Source: Chromera velia
Lineage: Eukaryota
Direction: 5' to 3'
DNA: 50,524 nt
NCBI GenBank assembly: GCA_018398765.1
Contig: JAHBMJ010000342.1
Location: 1-50,524 of the forward strand
The notes under the pieces are model-generated. The model saw nothing but the letters and a program-made list of their open reading frames with translations, was not told the origin of the DNA and made no database searches. Shown piece by piece: positions 1-10,307 of this stretch; within the stretch, counting starts at the first letter, position 1; every line of letters begins with the position of its first letter. The position numbers were made by a program, and so were the translations under genes.

Positions 1-454
1 CGGAAGAAGATTCTCGTCAAAGGCTCATCAGTAAAAAAAGGCAAAGGGAAGCGGAAGAAGATTCTCGTCAAAGGCTCATCAGTAAAAAAAGGCAAAGGGA
101 AGCGGAAGAAGATTCTCGTCAAAGGCTCATCAGTAAAAAAAGGCAAAGGGAAGCGGAAGAAGATTCTCGTCAAAGGCTCATCAGTAAAAAAAGGCAAAGG
201 GAAGCGGAAGAAGATTCTCGTCAAAGGCTCATCAGTAAAAAAAGGCAAAGGGAAGCGGAAGAAGATTCTCGTCAAAGGCTCATCAGTAAAAAAAGGCAAA
301 GGGAAGCGGAAGAAGATTCTCTTCAAAGGCTCATAAGTAAAAAAAGGCAAAGGGAAGCGGAAGAAGATTCTCGTCAAAGGCTCATCAGTAAAAAAAGGCA
401 AAGGGAAGCGGAAGAAGATTCTCGTCAAAGGCTCATCAGTAAAAATAGGCAAAG
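1..454. repeat. 51-bp tandem minisatellite, about 9 copies, truncated by the window start
   Basis: The unit CGGAAGAAGATTCTCGTCAAAGGCTCATCAGTAAAAAAAGGCAAAGGGAAG starts at 1, 52, 103, 154, 205, 256, 307, 358 and 409. Copy 7 has two substitutions and copy 9 is truncated. It probably lies in a minus-strand intron (GTAAGT donor near 471). Confidence 0.95.
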
Positions 455-616
455 ACGAGAGAAAACACTTACAGAGAGGCAGACAGGCAAGCAGGCAGAC
501 TTTCCTGGTTCTCTGACTTCACTTTCCTGGAAAAAAAGATTCCTGTGTGAAGCGCTGAAAATGAAAACCTGAATCCTCAACAAACAAATATCAATTGAAT
601 GAATTTACGCACGCAC

Positions 617-2022
617 CTGTCTCTGTAGAATTTGACTCACGCTGAGTCCCTCACCGATTTCTCCGCTCGCCTTCATAACCCCACTGTTCGCCGTCGACCG
701 CCGCGGGAGACCCCCCTGTGTGTGCTGATCCGACAACCCCCCTATCCCCCCCATTCCCCCCCCAAGCAGACTTCCCTGCCCCTCCCCCCCCGCCCCCGTG
801 GGTGCAATGGACAATCTCCTCGATGACGCTGCGGGGGGGTGTCCCTCTGCCCCCTCCGGTGTCTCTCTGCGAGAGTGAGCCTGGAAGTCGTCGGACTCCT
901 TCAGAGGGATCGCGCCTTCCTCGATGTCCGTCGAGAAGTTCCGACGGGGGGCGAGGCCTCCTCTCTTGGAGGTCGCACTCTTCTCTTTCTGCACAGGGGA
1001 GGACACAGACATACATGGCTTTGTGGACATACGCAGAGAAGCAGAAAGAGGGGGGAGTTGCTGCGGTGGAATGAGGTACCAGACAGCTTGTTTCTCTCTC
1101 TCTCTCTCTCTCTTTCTGTGTGTGTGTGTGTGTATGACAGACAGAAGAACATTTTCTTCTTCTGCTTTTGCTTCTTTCTCAGGGCTGGGGGGCTCATGAG
1201 ATGTCTTCTGACGATATGGGGTGGAATCGGGTGAAGTGATCAAGTAGGTGAATAGAGGAATCGGGTGAAGTGATCAAGTAGGTGAATAGATGGACGAGGC
1301 GCCTTTGGAGTAGATGGACGGATGGACTCGCAGCATGCAGAGTGAACAGTGCATGTGTGCGGCAAGGAGACGGAGTCAAAGGGAGAACGTCCATTTGACT
1401 GCAGAAAGGGAAAGCTGCAGATCTCTCCGATCTGTTCTCTGCAATTCTTACCTTGGGTGAAGACATTCTTTCTCTTGAGGGTCTCCTACGCTCTTTGTAT
1501 CTTGTCTGCAGACTCCTGCAGGGTACTGCTATCAACGACAGCCAATGAAGAGAAACTTTCGGGTTCTCTTCGGGTTGGATGGGGTTTCGGAGGCTGGTGC
1601 CCTTGTCTTTCTCTTCCTGTAAGAGTGCAAGCTCCACATCCCGACCGTCGACTTCAAAGCATTTGAATTCAATGAGCTGCCCTTTGTTGCATTGATGTGA
1701 ATGCATTGAATTATATATAAGTTCAGACTCAACGCGGTCGACGTTTGTGGCTGAGATGTATGAATGCAGATGCATGCATGGAGAAAACAGAGAAGAAAAA
1801 AATCCCAAATTGGCGCGCGACTTGCGCGCGCGGATGAATGCACTTTTTTGTTTGTCTGACTTTGAATGCTGCGTGCGTCAGTTCATAGGAGCTCCCACGA
1901 CTTACCTTTACAGCGCTAGTAGGCTGGGTTTCATTATTCTTCCTGGTCGGCAAACTCCACCACTTCGTTATTCTCTTGGTGTTTTCTGGTGTCGAAAAGG
2001 GGGGGGCGTACCGTTTGACCAT
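617..2022 (-). CDS. 5' exons of a multi-exon hypothetical protein gene that probably continues leftward
   Basis: Exon 2022-1906 (MVKRYAPPFSTPENTKR...SAVK) ends at a GTAAGT donor. An exon near 1516-1452 ends at GTAAGA. Exon 988-617 (KEKSATSKRGG...QILQRQ) follows a CCCCTGTGCAG acceptor and ends at a GTGCGT donor. No recognisable domain; middle exons are uncertain. Confidence 0.5.
1224..1290. repeat. 34-bp tandem duplication (intronic)
   Basis: GGAATCGGGTGAAGTGATCAAGTAGGTGAATAGA occurs twice in tandem. Confidence 0.85.
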
Positions 2023-2202
2023 TATGGTTGGTTGACCACAGCCATGACGGAAAACAGTCTTTCTTGAAAGACAACCTCGGGGGTGGCCCTGTGTGCGTGT
2101 GTTGTCGATCGGAAGAGCTCTTCTGTATCAACATGCACATGAAGTACTGACTTTGGGTGTACAGTACATGAAGCACTAATTGCATATTCATCGCATTGTG
2201 CC

Positions 2203-3860
2203 ATGGCGTTGTTCTGGTTTCTTGTGTTGCTTCCCTCCGTCCGTCTCCTTTCCGTCATGTGTGTTGGCTCCTGGAACTTCGACGCTTGTTCCTCGGGGTT
2301 TCACTTCCTTCCTCTCGGTTCCAGAGACAGGAGACGAGGGAGCGCTTCTCGACGGAAAAGCAGGTGAGAGGGTCAGCGGGCGAAAACCTCAGTCCGTGTT
2401 TTTTTGATGACTATGCGAGGAGACGGCGCAAGTCCGTGCTCAATTTCACACAGAGAAGGAAGCAGCATTGTTAGAAGGAGTCGCTCTCTACTGGTCTGTG
2501 TGTTTCCTTCACTCCACAATGAATGCATCAAATGGCATTCTCGTTTGTTTTTTTGCAGGGAGAGGATGGAAGGGATGACTTTGTTGTCGGAGACGGGGCG
2601 GAACAGGGAGACGGACGTGAACCCGTCTCCTTCTCCTTCCTCGCTGGAGGTGCCCATCAGCTTCGTCAGTACTTTCCATCCCTTTGCACCCTTCCCCTCT
2701 CTTTCTGTTCAATTCCCATTGAACTGCTCGCTCTGTATGTGTCTGCAACCTGCATCTGCCTCTTTGCACTTCCGTCAAACAGTTCACAAACTATTTGCAG
2801 ACACCCAGGTCTGCGAATCCGAAAGAATCCCGCCTCCCCCATCATGTTTGCATCTGATGACTTTGCAGTACCACTACGAGTACGACTTGGTGCCGAGCTC
2901 GAGCGAGGATGACATGAGAATCCCCGCGCCCTTCCCTCCGATGCAGATGAGGTCCGTCTCCGTCTCTTGCCTCTCCGTCCCTCTGCGTCTCCGTCTCTCC
3001 ATTTTTCTTTCTAGCGGTCCCCGCTTCCCCGGGTGACCTTTCTTGTTCGCACACTCCCTCGCCCCTCACTCTTCTTCATCTCCCGTTTCAAACTGCTCCA
3101 TGATCCAGATGGTCCGACTGCGGCCTTCCTTCCTTCCTTCTTTCCTTCTTTCTTACAGGAGCCGACTTGAAGTACGAGAAGATCCGGGAGCTGCTCTCAG
3201 TTGCTACTCGTCAGTCAGTCCTTTCCTCTCTCCGTTCCGTTTTTCTTCTCCCCACTCTCTTTCCTTCCCGACCTGCCTGCGTCTCACAGAGCGTCCTTTA
3301 GAGAAGAAAATGTCCATCGCTCTCCGTGTACATGTGTCTGGCTGAATTGACGAGGCTGGCTCTCTGCCTAGCCTTTGGTCATCTGTCTCCGTCCTTCTTT
3401 GCAGACACCCCGAATCTTTCTGGGAACTCGCACGAAGACGGGCAGAGATCCGCACATATTGGTCGTCAGTCCTCACTTCAACATTTCTTTCTGTTTTTCT
3501 CGCTTGCTTTAGCTCTTCCCTCTTGCATGGAGAATGGAGAATGGCGGTCGGCCAATCTTCACAGGGGTCTCTCTGCGTGTGTAGAGAAAGTGAGAATGCT
3601 AGTCTGTCCACGTCTCTTTCAGTTTGTCCACGTCCCTTTCAGTCTGGACCGTGCCACTTCAGTATTGAACTGAGCTGTTCTCGTAGAGCGCCGACTACAA
3701 GCGCGGTACAGTCCATTTTCCCGGCCTTTGTGTCACTCAGTCTACTGCCGAGGTCGAATTTTTGCCTTCTCGATCGGCCCTGCCCCCACCTCCTGCTAGA
3801 GCGATAACTTGTCTCTCAGTCCTCCCCTGCACATGTCTTCTCTTCTCTTTCTGTTTCTTG

Positions 3861-3891
<31 letters not shown>

Positions 3892-4931
3892 TCGTTGTTC
3901 CCTCCCTTCCTTCTTCTTCCCAATAGAGGGGCGAATGCCGTGAGTCCTCCAAGCAAACTGGGGGAACCTATGCCCCGGCAACTCTTCGTGGTCAGTCAGT
4001 CAATCAGTCACGGTGACGTTTCTCTTTGTTGCAAATGTTTTCTTTTGGGTGCCAATACGTGGACTTGCATGGTAGCTTTTTCTTTCTCTCTATACATCTG
4101 TCTCTCTCACACACACTCCGTGTGAGGACGTATCATGCACGTGTGTATGTGTGCGTGTGTGCCTGCCTGCCTGCCTGCCAGGTTGTCTGTCTGTCGTTGT
4201 CTCACTGACTGTGCTGGTCTTCGGTCTTTCTGTGTTCTTTCCTGGCCTCGTGTATACGTGAAAAGAGAGAACGGAAGACGGAGTCATGGGAAAGGCACTC
4301 CTAGTCTGTCGATCTCTCTGTCTATCTGCCTGTCTATCTGTCTATCTGTGGGGAGGAAAAGAAAGCGAAGAGGAGGGGGCGGGAAAGGAACAGAGTATCT
4401 GTCTGTGATAAAGAAAAGGGTTGGGTCCTTATGTCCTCGTCTCTGGTGGTTCATCCACTCTCTTCAGAGACAGCCTTGGTGCCCTCACGATCATTCATTC
4501 CTCTGTACGCCGTGCCCTCCTCCTCTTGCACAAACATTTTATCTATTGTATGCATTATCGCCAGCTACCTCTTGTCTCTTCGCTCACCCACGCGTGCCCA
4601 TCTACGCATCACGGTGCCTCTAACTGTCTCGGTGAATCTATTCCACCTCACCTCTCCCTGCATGCCTCTTCCTGATCCCCGCCGCCGTGCAGTTCAACCT
4701 GCCCTACTACGCCACAGCAGCGGACCTCCTGCAGCACTTCAAGGACTTCCAACCGAAGTCCGCGAGGGTTTTCAACAACTCAGAGGGAACCTCCAAGGTT
4801 ATTCATGCGGTCTCCTCTGTGTCGGCTGGCTCGCTGATTTCTGCCTTCCTTCCTTCTCTGGTTCTTTTGTTTGGTACTTGCCTGCACGAGGGGCTGAAAG
4901 AGTTTCAAATAAATGGGTACAACACACACAG

Positions 4932-4963
<32 letters not shown>

Positions 4964-6024
4964 GGAGAGTGAGCAAGAGAGACAGAGAAAGGGGAAGACT
5001 GTCACTCATCCGGGCGCGTCCGAAAGGATCTGTGAGAAGAATTTTTGAACCTATGAAAGAAATGAAATCATCAAAAAATCACTCGTGATCCGAAGCACAT
5101 TTATTTTGCTGACTGCCTGTTTGCAGGGGTGTGGATGCATTGCCTTCGCTCAGGAAGAGCAGGCACAGAAGGCGCTGAGGGCTCTGCAGGACTCTGTGAT
5201 GGGCGGGAGAAGACTAGGCCTCAAGGTGCAACAGAGACAGGGTGAGTGAGTGCATGAGTGAGTGGAGGGATTTGATTTCCCCCTCCGCCTCTTGAGCGCT
5301 TCTCTCCTCGTTTTCTTTTATCTGCCAGTGAGTGGCCGAGTGCAGAAACGTGTTTGATGTCTGCGCTCTCTCTCTCTCTCTCTCCCCCCCTCCCCCTCTC
5401 TCTCGCTCTCTCCCTCTCTCTCCGTTGCTGCGTTTCTGGATCTCTGGGCCCACGCCCGCACAAAAAGAAGGATGGACACAGGAGGATTTACAACGCTGAT
5501 GGCCGCCTCGTCCGTCCAGTCGTTTGTATCCCGTTTATGTCTGTAAAGGTTTGCCGCTTTTCCCTTCAAAAAGCAGCAACCAGAAGTGAAACAACTGGCA
5601 GTGAACGGAGGGAAGGGCAAAAGAACATCTCTGTTTTTGCATATGTGAGTGCGTGTTTGTTTAGCCATGTCCCCCACCGATCGATGCAGCAAACGGGGTC
5701 GAAGGAGAGGACTTGGGGGATGACTCCTCTTCGCGTGGACAGGAGGGAAGAAGAGGGCAAGGGGGATCTGCTGGTGAGAACCAGTCAGTTAACTTTCTTT
5801 CTCTATTCAGACAGAAAGGACATTTGTCAGGAACCGATTTGGTTCATTTGCGTTAACACCAGAGAGAGAGTCAGTGTTCCTTCCGTTCTCCTCATCCTTC
5901 TTTATCTGGCGTTGTCCGTGTATGCTGCTTTCCGAGTCTTTTTTTTTTATTTGCTGGTATGAGTCGGCATCTCCTTCTTGAGAATGTGTGTCCGTTCGCG
6001 TGTGCGTATGTGTCCGTGTACGCG

Positions 6025-6065
<41 letters not shown>

Positions 6066-6896
6066 GTTTCCTCGTGTCCTTCCCCAGGACCTTGCAGATC
6101 CGCTCACAAATTCTTTCTCTCTTTGTTCTTCCCTTCTCCTGTCCCTCTCCCTCTCCCTCTTCTCTTCCTTCCTCCTCGTCGTCAGTCCATGCACGTGTGC
6201 TCGTGTCTTTCTTCCTTTCTTTCTTTCAGACAAGACCGGCGTCTGTTCATGATGAACATTCCGTTCGACTTCACAGAGGAGAGACTCCTCGCAGAGCTCC
6301 GGCAGAAGAAATTCGACCCGGTGTGGGTCCGAATGTTCAGAAGCCCCGTGGGAGTCAATGCGGTCAGTCAGTCAGTCAGTCAGGCAGGCAGGTGAATGGT
6401 CACTCCTTTCTGTTTCCTGCGGATGGATGCACATACATTTGCACAGGCACTCATGGACTCCTTTGATAGGCGTATGCATGAGGTCTGGCCGGGGAATTCA
6501 CTTTTTTCAGATTCAAATGGGATTGACCTTCCTTGTCTGCAGACTCTATCTCATTCCTCCTGATCAAAACATTTCGAACTACTACTACATCGCCCTCTTT
6601 CTTCCAACGTGCGACCATTCGTTCAAGTGCATAATCTGAAAAGAGTCACGTCAAAGTCGAAACATAAAGCTGTTCAAACGTTTGCCTGAATGTCCATACG
6701 CGCTTCTCCACTTCAGGGAAAGGCCCTTCTGCTGATGAAGTCCGCTGCTGACGCTACGAACTTGGTGAGATATTCCAACACATTCGGTCTGCGGGTGCGC
6801 GGGTTTCGGCTGATGGTGCGGAGGGATAGGGAGAGAGCGCTTTATGTCCAGGGTTCCAGAAAAGACTCAAAAGAGAAGGGCTCAGACATTTACTGA
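2203..6896 (+). CDS. Multi-exon RNA-binding protein with two RRM domains and a signal/transit-like N-terminus
   Basis: Phase-compatible exons 2203-2363 (MALFWFLVLLPSVRLLSVMC...), 2559-2649 and 2869-2951. RRM1 comes from exons 4693-4797 (FNLPYYATAADLLQHF...SK) and 5127-5241 (GCGCIAF...ALRALQDSVMGGRRLGLKV); SKGCGCIAF is RNP1-like. RRM2 comes from exons near 6229-6362 (RRLFMMNIPFDFTEERLL...) and 6717-6896 (GKALLLM...GFRLMVRRD...DIY*). Some internal exons are unresolved. Confidence 0.75.
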
Positions 6897-7373
6897 TTCA
6901 TGACCTCGGTCACCTAGCTTTCATGAATCATCATGAATCAAAAAGTTAAGTGAAGCGAACAGAAAGCCTCTCAATCAAACTTGATATATCATTATGATCA
7001 TCATCATACGCCAAATCTAGTTGCCATTATGTAAAATAATAATCTTTTAAGTGAGCTGGATGGAAAATTTCTATAAAGATCTTGACTTAATAACTGACAA
7101 GGTTAAAGAGAATTAATACATGCCATGCGAAACACATGTTCACAAAGATTTAAACTTTTGATTTCAAATATAACAAATTTTCTTAGTTCAACGTTGAAAG
7201 TATTCAGCTAGCTCTACATAAAAATGCTAGTAAAAATGTATATGAATTAATATGAATAACAATAGCGCGTCATAGTTATAGTCATATAATCATAGTAATT
7301 TCATTTTTGCACTAAAACATGTATATTATATAGTCTCTGCAGATATTCCATCTTATTTCAATCTTACACTGCA

Positions 7374-10307
7374 TCATTTATGAAAAAGGTGTTTATGAGT
7401 TTTCCCAATATACCTGTTTCCTTTACGAATGTTCTCTTTGGACCACATCGGCTGCAGGTTGGAAAAGTGGAGACGGGCAATTTGGGTCTCTGTGTTTGGT
7501 TTCTGCCCGTCTGCCCCCCGGTACTGAATGGGCACAATGTGGTCAACGTGCCACAGCCTCCCGTAATTCTCCCACGACATTCCGGGGTTGCCGTGGAAGT
7601 TGTCCTTCTCGAGGTGGGCTTTGAGATCGGGGAACGAACAACCGAGGTATGTATGTGTCCGTTCACGAGTAGAGAGAGCATTTGTTCCTTTCCTGAAGGC
7701 AAGAAGGCGTTTTGCTACTGCTGCTCGTGTGATGTGAGTCAAGCGAAATACGGGGTCCTCCCTATACCTAATCTTTCTGGCGTCTTTCTGCCGCTGCACT
7801 AATGCTGCAAAGGCGGGATTGTCTTTCTGACATTCTCGACACATCCTTCTCCTTCGTCCATGTCCACATATTGCAGTTCCGTGACACTCTCGGCAGTCGC
7901 GGCGTTGACGGCCGTGCACGCAAATTGCGCTCCCCCCGCATTTTATACAAGTAGCGCGCCTTCGTCCATGCTCGCAAATCTGAGACCCCCCGCATTCTCT
8001 ACAATCCGACCGAACGCGGTCGTGCTCGCAAATTTGCGATCCCTTACACTCTTTACATCGCCTTCGAATGCACCCATGCTCACAAATCCCCTTCCCCCCG
8101 CACTCTTTGCAGTCATATTGATTCCTTCCATGTGGACACCGAGCTCGTTGCGCAGGAGAAGGCAAGAGACGACCCATAACATCAGTCGCAGACAAATTTA
8201 CTGCTACGGGTTTCTTTCTCTCGCTCTTGGACGGCGACGGTCGCTGAGCAGACACGGCCCCCTCTTCTGTCTGAAGGCCCCTTTGAGAGGCAAAAGAACG
8301 AGACATAATAGACAGTCCCCCGATTGGCTTTGCGGTCGTCAGACTCTGTCTATCAAAGCACCCCGCCCCTACACAACCTGGGAGCTGCTGACCAATGCAG
8401 CTATCTACTAATGTTGTCGGATAAATTCCAGCAAGGAGGGAGAGGTGGCCTCTCTTCAAGGAGGCAAAAGAATGAGAATGGGAATGAGAGTGTAAAGACC
8501 GAAAGCCTCTGATCGGGATCTGAGTGGGGGAAGTCACCGCCGTCCTTTCCTGAAGACTGCTGTGGTTTGATTGAAATGACACCTGCGGTTGACGTGAAGG
8601 GAAACAAATGTGCTGTGGTCTGCCAATGAACCTATTGCCCTTTCGGAGGTTCTCTTGGGACCACATCGGCTGGAGATTGGAAAAGTGGAGACGGGCTATC
8701 TGAGTCTCTGCGTCTGGTCTCTCGCCATTTGGGTCTGGGAACAGAATCGGCACAATGTGGTCAACGTGCCACAGCCTCCCGTAATTCTCCCACGACATTC
8801 CGGGGTTGCCGTGGAAGTTGTCCTTCTCGAGGTGGGCTTTGAGATCGGGGAACGAACAACCGAGGTATTCGTGGGAACGTTTCTTGTGGGAGGGGGATCT
8901 GCCGTTTTGGACTGCGCGGAGGCATCTCCAAACGGTGGATCTCACTGTGTGTGCCAACCGGAAAACAAACTCCTTTCGGCGTGCCTGCCTTGCAGCAAAA
9001 ACGGGATTGTCTCTCTGACATATGGGACAATTACTTCTCCGAGGGCCATGCTCACAGAAACTGCCACCACCACACTCTCTACATCTTGTTCGCAAACGAC
9101 CGTGTTCACAAAAACTACCGCCACCGCATTCTCTGCACTTCGAGCGTGGCCGGCCGTGTCTACACAGTCCGCTTCCTCCGCACTCTCGACATTGGCTGCG
9201 TTGGCGACCATGCTCGCAGATGGCGCTGCCCCCACAGTCTACACAAGAGTATTTGATGCGTCCATGAACGCAAATAGCGTTTCCTCCGCACTCCTTGCAC
9301 TGATCGCGCCTTCTACCATGCTGGCAGATCCCCCTCCCTCCGCAATCTTTGCACTTGCCACGCTGGCGGCCGTGCTCACATATTGCCTTCCCGCCACACT
9401 CTTTACAATAAGAACGGCGACGTCCATGCTCGCATATTGACGTACCACCGCATTCTCTGCATTGGCTGCGCTGCCGACTATGTTCACAGAGAGCTTTTCC
9501 CCCGCACTCTTTACAATGCCTCCGTTGGCGCCCGTGCTCACAAATGCCTTTGCCCCCGCACTCCTTGCACAGGTACTTTTCTCTCCCGTGAGGGCACAGG
9601 CGTCTTTTCCGACTGCCAACTTTCTCCGTATGAGAAAGGGGGGGCAGCTCTTCCTGACGATCCGAAGAAACGGGCCGGGCAACAGAACCCTCTCCCCCCC
9701 CCTTTAGTTGACCTATGGCTGCACTCAACCCGTCCCTTGCGGACAAGATATAAGCTGAAAAATCGGACTTGCTCTCACATGCGAATTTGCCTGAACATGC
9801 CACCCCCCCACCTGCGAGGAAATCCACACTTTCACAGATTGGAGCAGAAGCTCCTGAATAGACCCCCCTGCAGCACTGAAGGACTGCATAGACGGATTGT
9901 TTAATGGTGAAATGGCCGTTTCTTGTTTCGAAAGCTGCACCAGGAGACGTCAAAAAAGTTTGAGACTGGCAACTACCTGGAGGGTGGCTCTCACAGTCGT
10001 CGTCAGTCTTTGCGGGAACTGTGTCTCGAATGGCCAGAGGCAGTTCATGCCTCAGAAGGCAACATCTCAAGCCGGTCATCATAAGATCAAGATGAAAACC
10101 AGCTTTCAGATTCATACATCCCCCTGAAACCCCCTTTGGACGCAGGGCTTCAACCTCCCACAGTGACTTCGGATTGCTGAGGGACTGTTTCTTTTGTCTC
10201 CCATGTTCGTGTAATGAGACAACGGGAGGCCTGTTCAAAAGAGTGGACACTGGGCGAAGGAGACGGCCTGAGGTACAACGAGAGAATGTCGCTGCGATGC
10301 GTTTCAT
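7374..10307 (-). CDS. Intronless 977-aa protein with two tandem modules of CxHGRx4CxxCGG zinc-binding repeats plus an HNH-type endonuclease domain
   Basis: Uninterrupted ORF. Eleven 18-aa repeats (about 9596-9018) are followed by YLGC...MSWENYG..WHVDHIVP...HFSNLQPMWSQENLRKGN. Six more repeats (about 8138-7830) are followed by a second copy of that domain. DH...N...N matches the beta-beta-alpha-metal (HNH/HNN) motif. Confidence 0.85.
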   Translation of the reverse strand: MKRIAATFSRCTSGRLLRPVSTLLNRPPVVSLHEHGRQKKQSLSNPKSLWEVEALRPKGVSGGCMNLKAGFHLDLMMTGLRCCLLRHELPLAIRDTVPAKTDDDCESHPPGSCQSQTFLTSPGAAFETRNGHFTIKQSVYAVLQCCRGVYSGASAPICESVDFLAGGGVACSGKFACESKSDFSAYILSARDGLSAAIGQLKGGGEGSVARPVSSDRQEELPPLSHTEKVGSRKRRLCPHGREKYLCKECGGKGICEHGRQRRHCKECGGKALCEHSRQRSQCRECGGTSICEHGRRRSYCKECGGKAICEHGRQRGKCKDCGGRGICQHGRRRDQCKECGGNAICVHGRIKYSCVDCGGSAICEHGRQRSQCRECGGSGLCRHGRPRSKCRECGGGSFCEHGRLRTRCRECGGGSFCEHGPRRSNCPICQRDNPVFAARQARRKEFVFRLAHTVRSTVWRCLRAVQNGRSPSHKKRSHEYLGCSFPDLKAHLEKDNFHGNPGMSWENYGRLWHVDHIVPILFPDPNGERPDAETQIARLHFSNLQPMWSQENLRKGNRFIGRPQHICFPSRQPQVSFQSNHSSLQERTAVTSPTQIPIRGFRSLHSHSHSHSFASLKRGHLSLLAGIYPTTLVDSCIGQQLPGCVGAGCFDRQSLTTAKPIGGLSIMSRSFASQRGLQTEEGAVSAQRPSPSKSERKKPVAVNLSATDVMGRLLPSPAQRARCPHGRNQYDCKECGGKGICEHGCIRRRCKECKGSQICEHDRVRSDCRECGGSQICEHGRRRATCIKCGGSAICVHGRQRRDCRECHGTAICGHGRRRRMCRECQKDNPAFAALVQRQKDARKIRYREDPVFRLTHITRAAVAKRLLAFRKGTNALSTRERTHTYLGCSFPDLKAHLEKDNFHGNPGMSWENYGRLWHVDHIVPIQYRGADGQKPNTETQIARLHFSNLQPMWSKENIRKGNRYIGKTHKHLFHK

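Noticed and set aside
1..454. CRISPR array or Lys-rich coding repeat
   Set aside because: Units are contiguous with no unique spacers and no cas genes are present; the + frame has a stop in copy 7.
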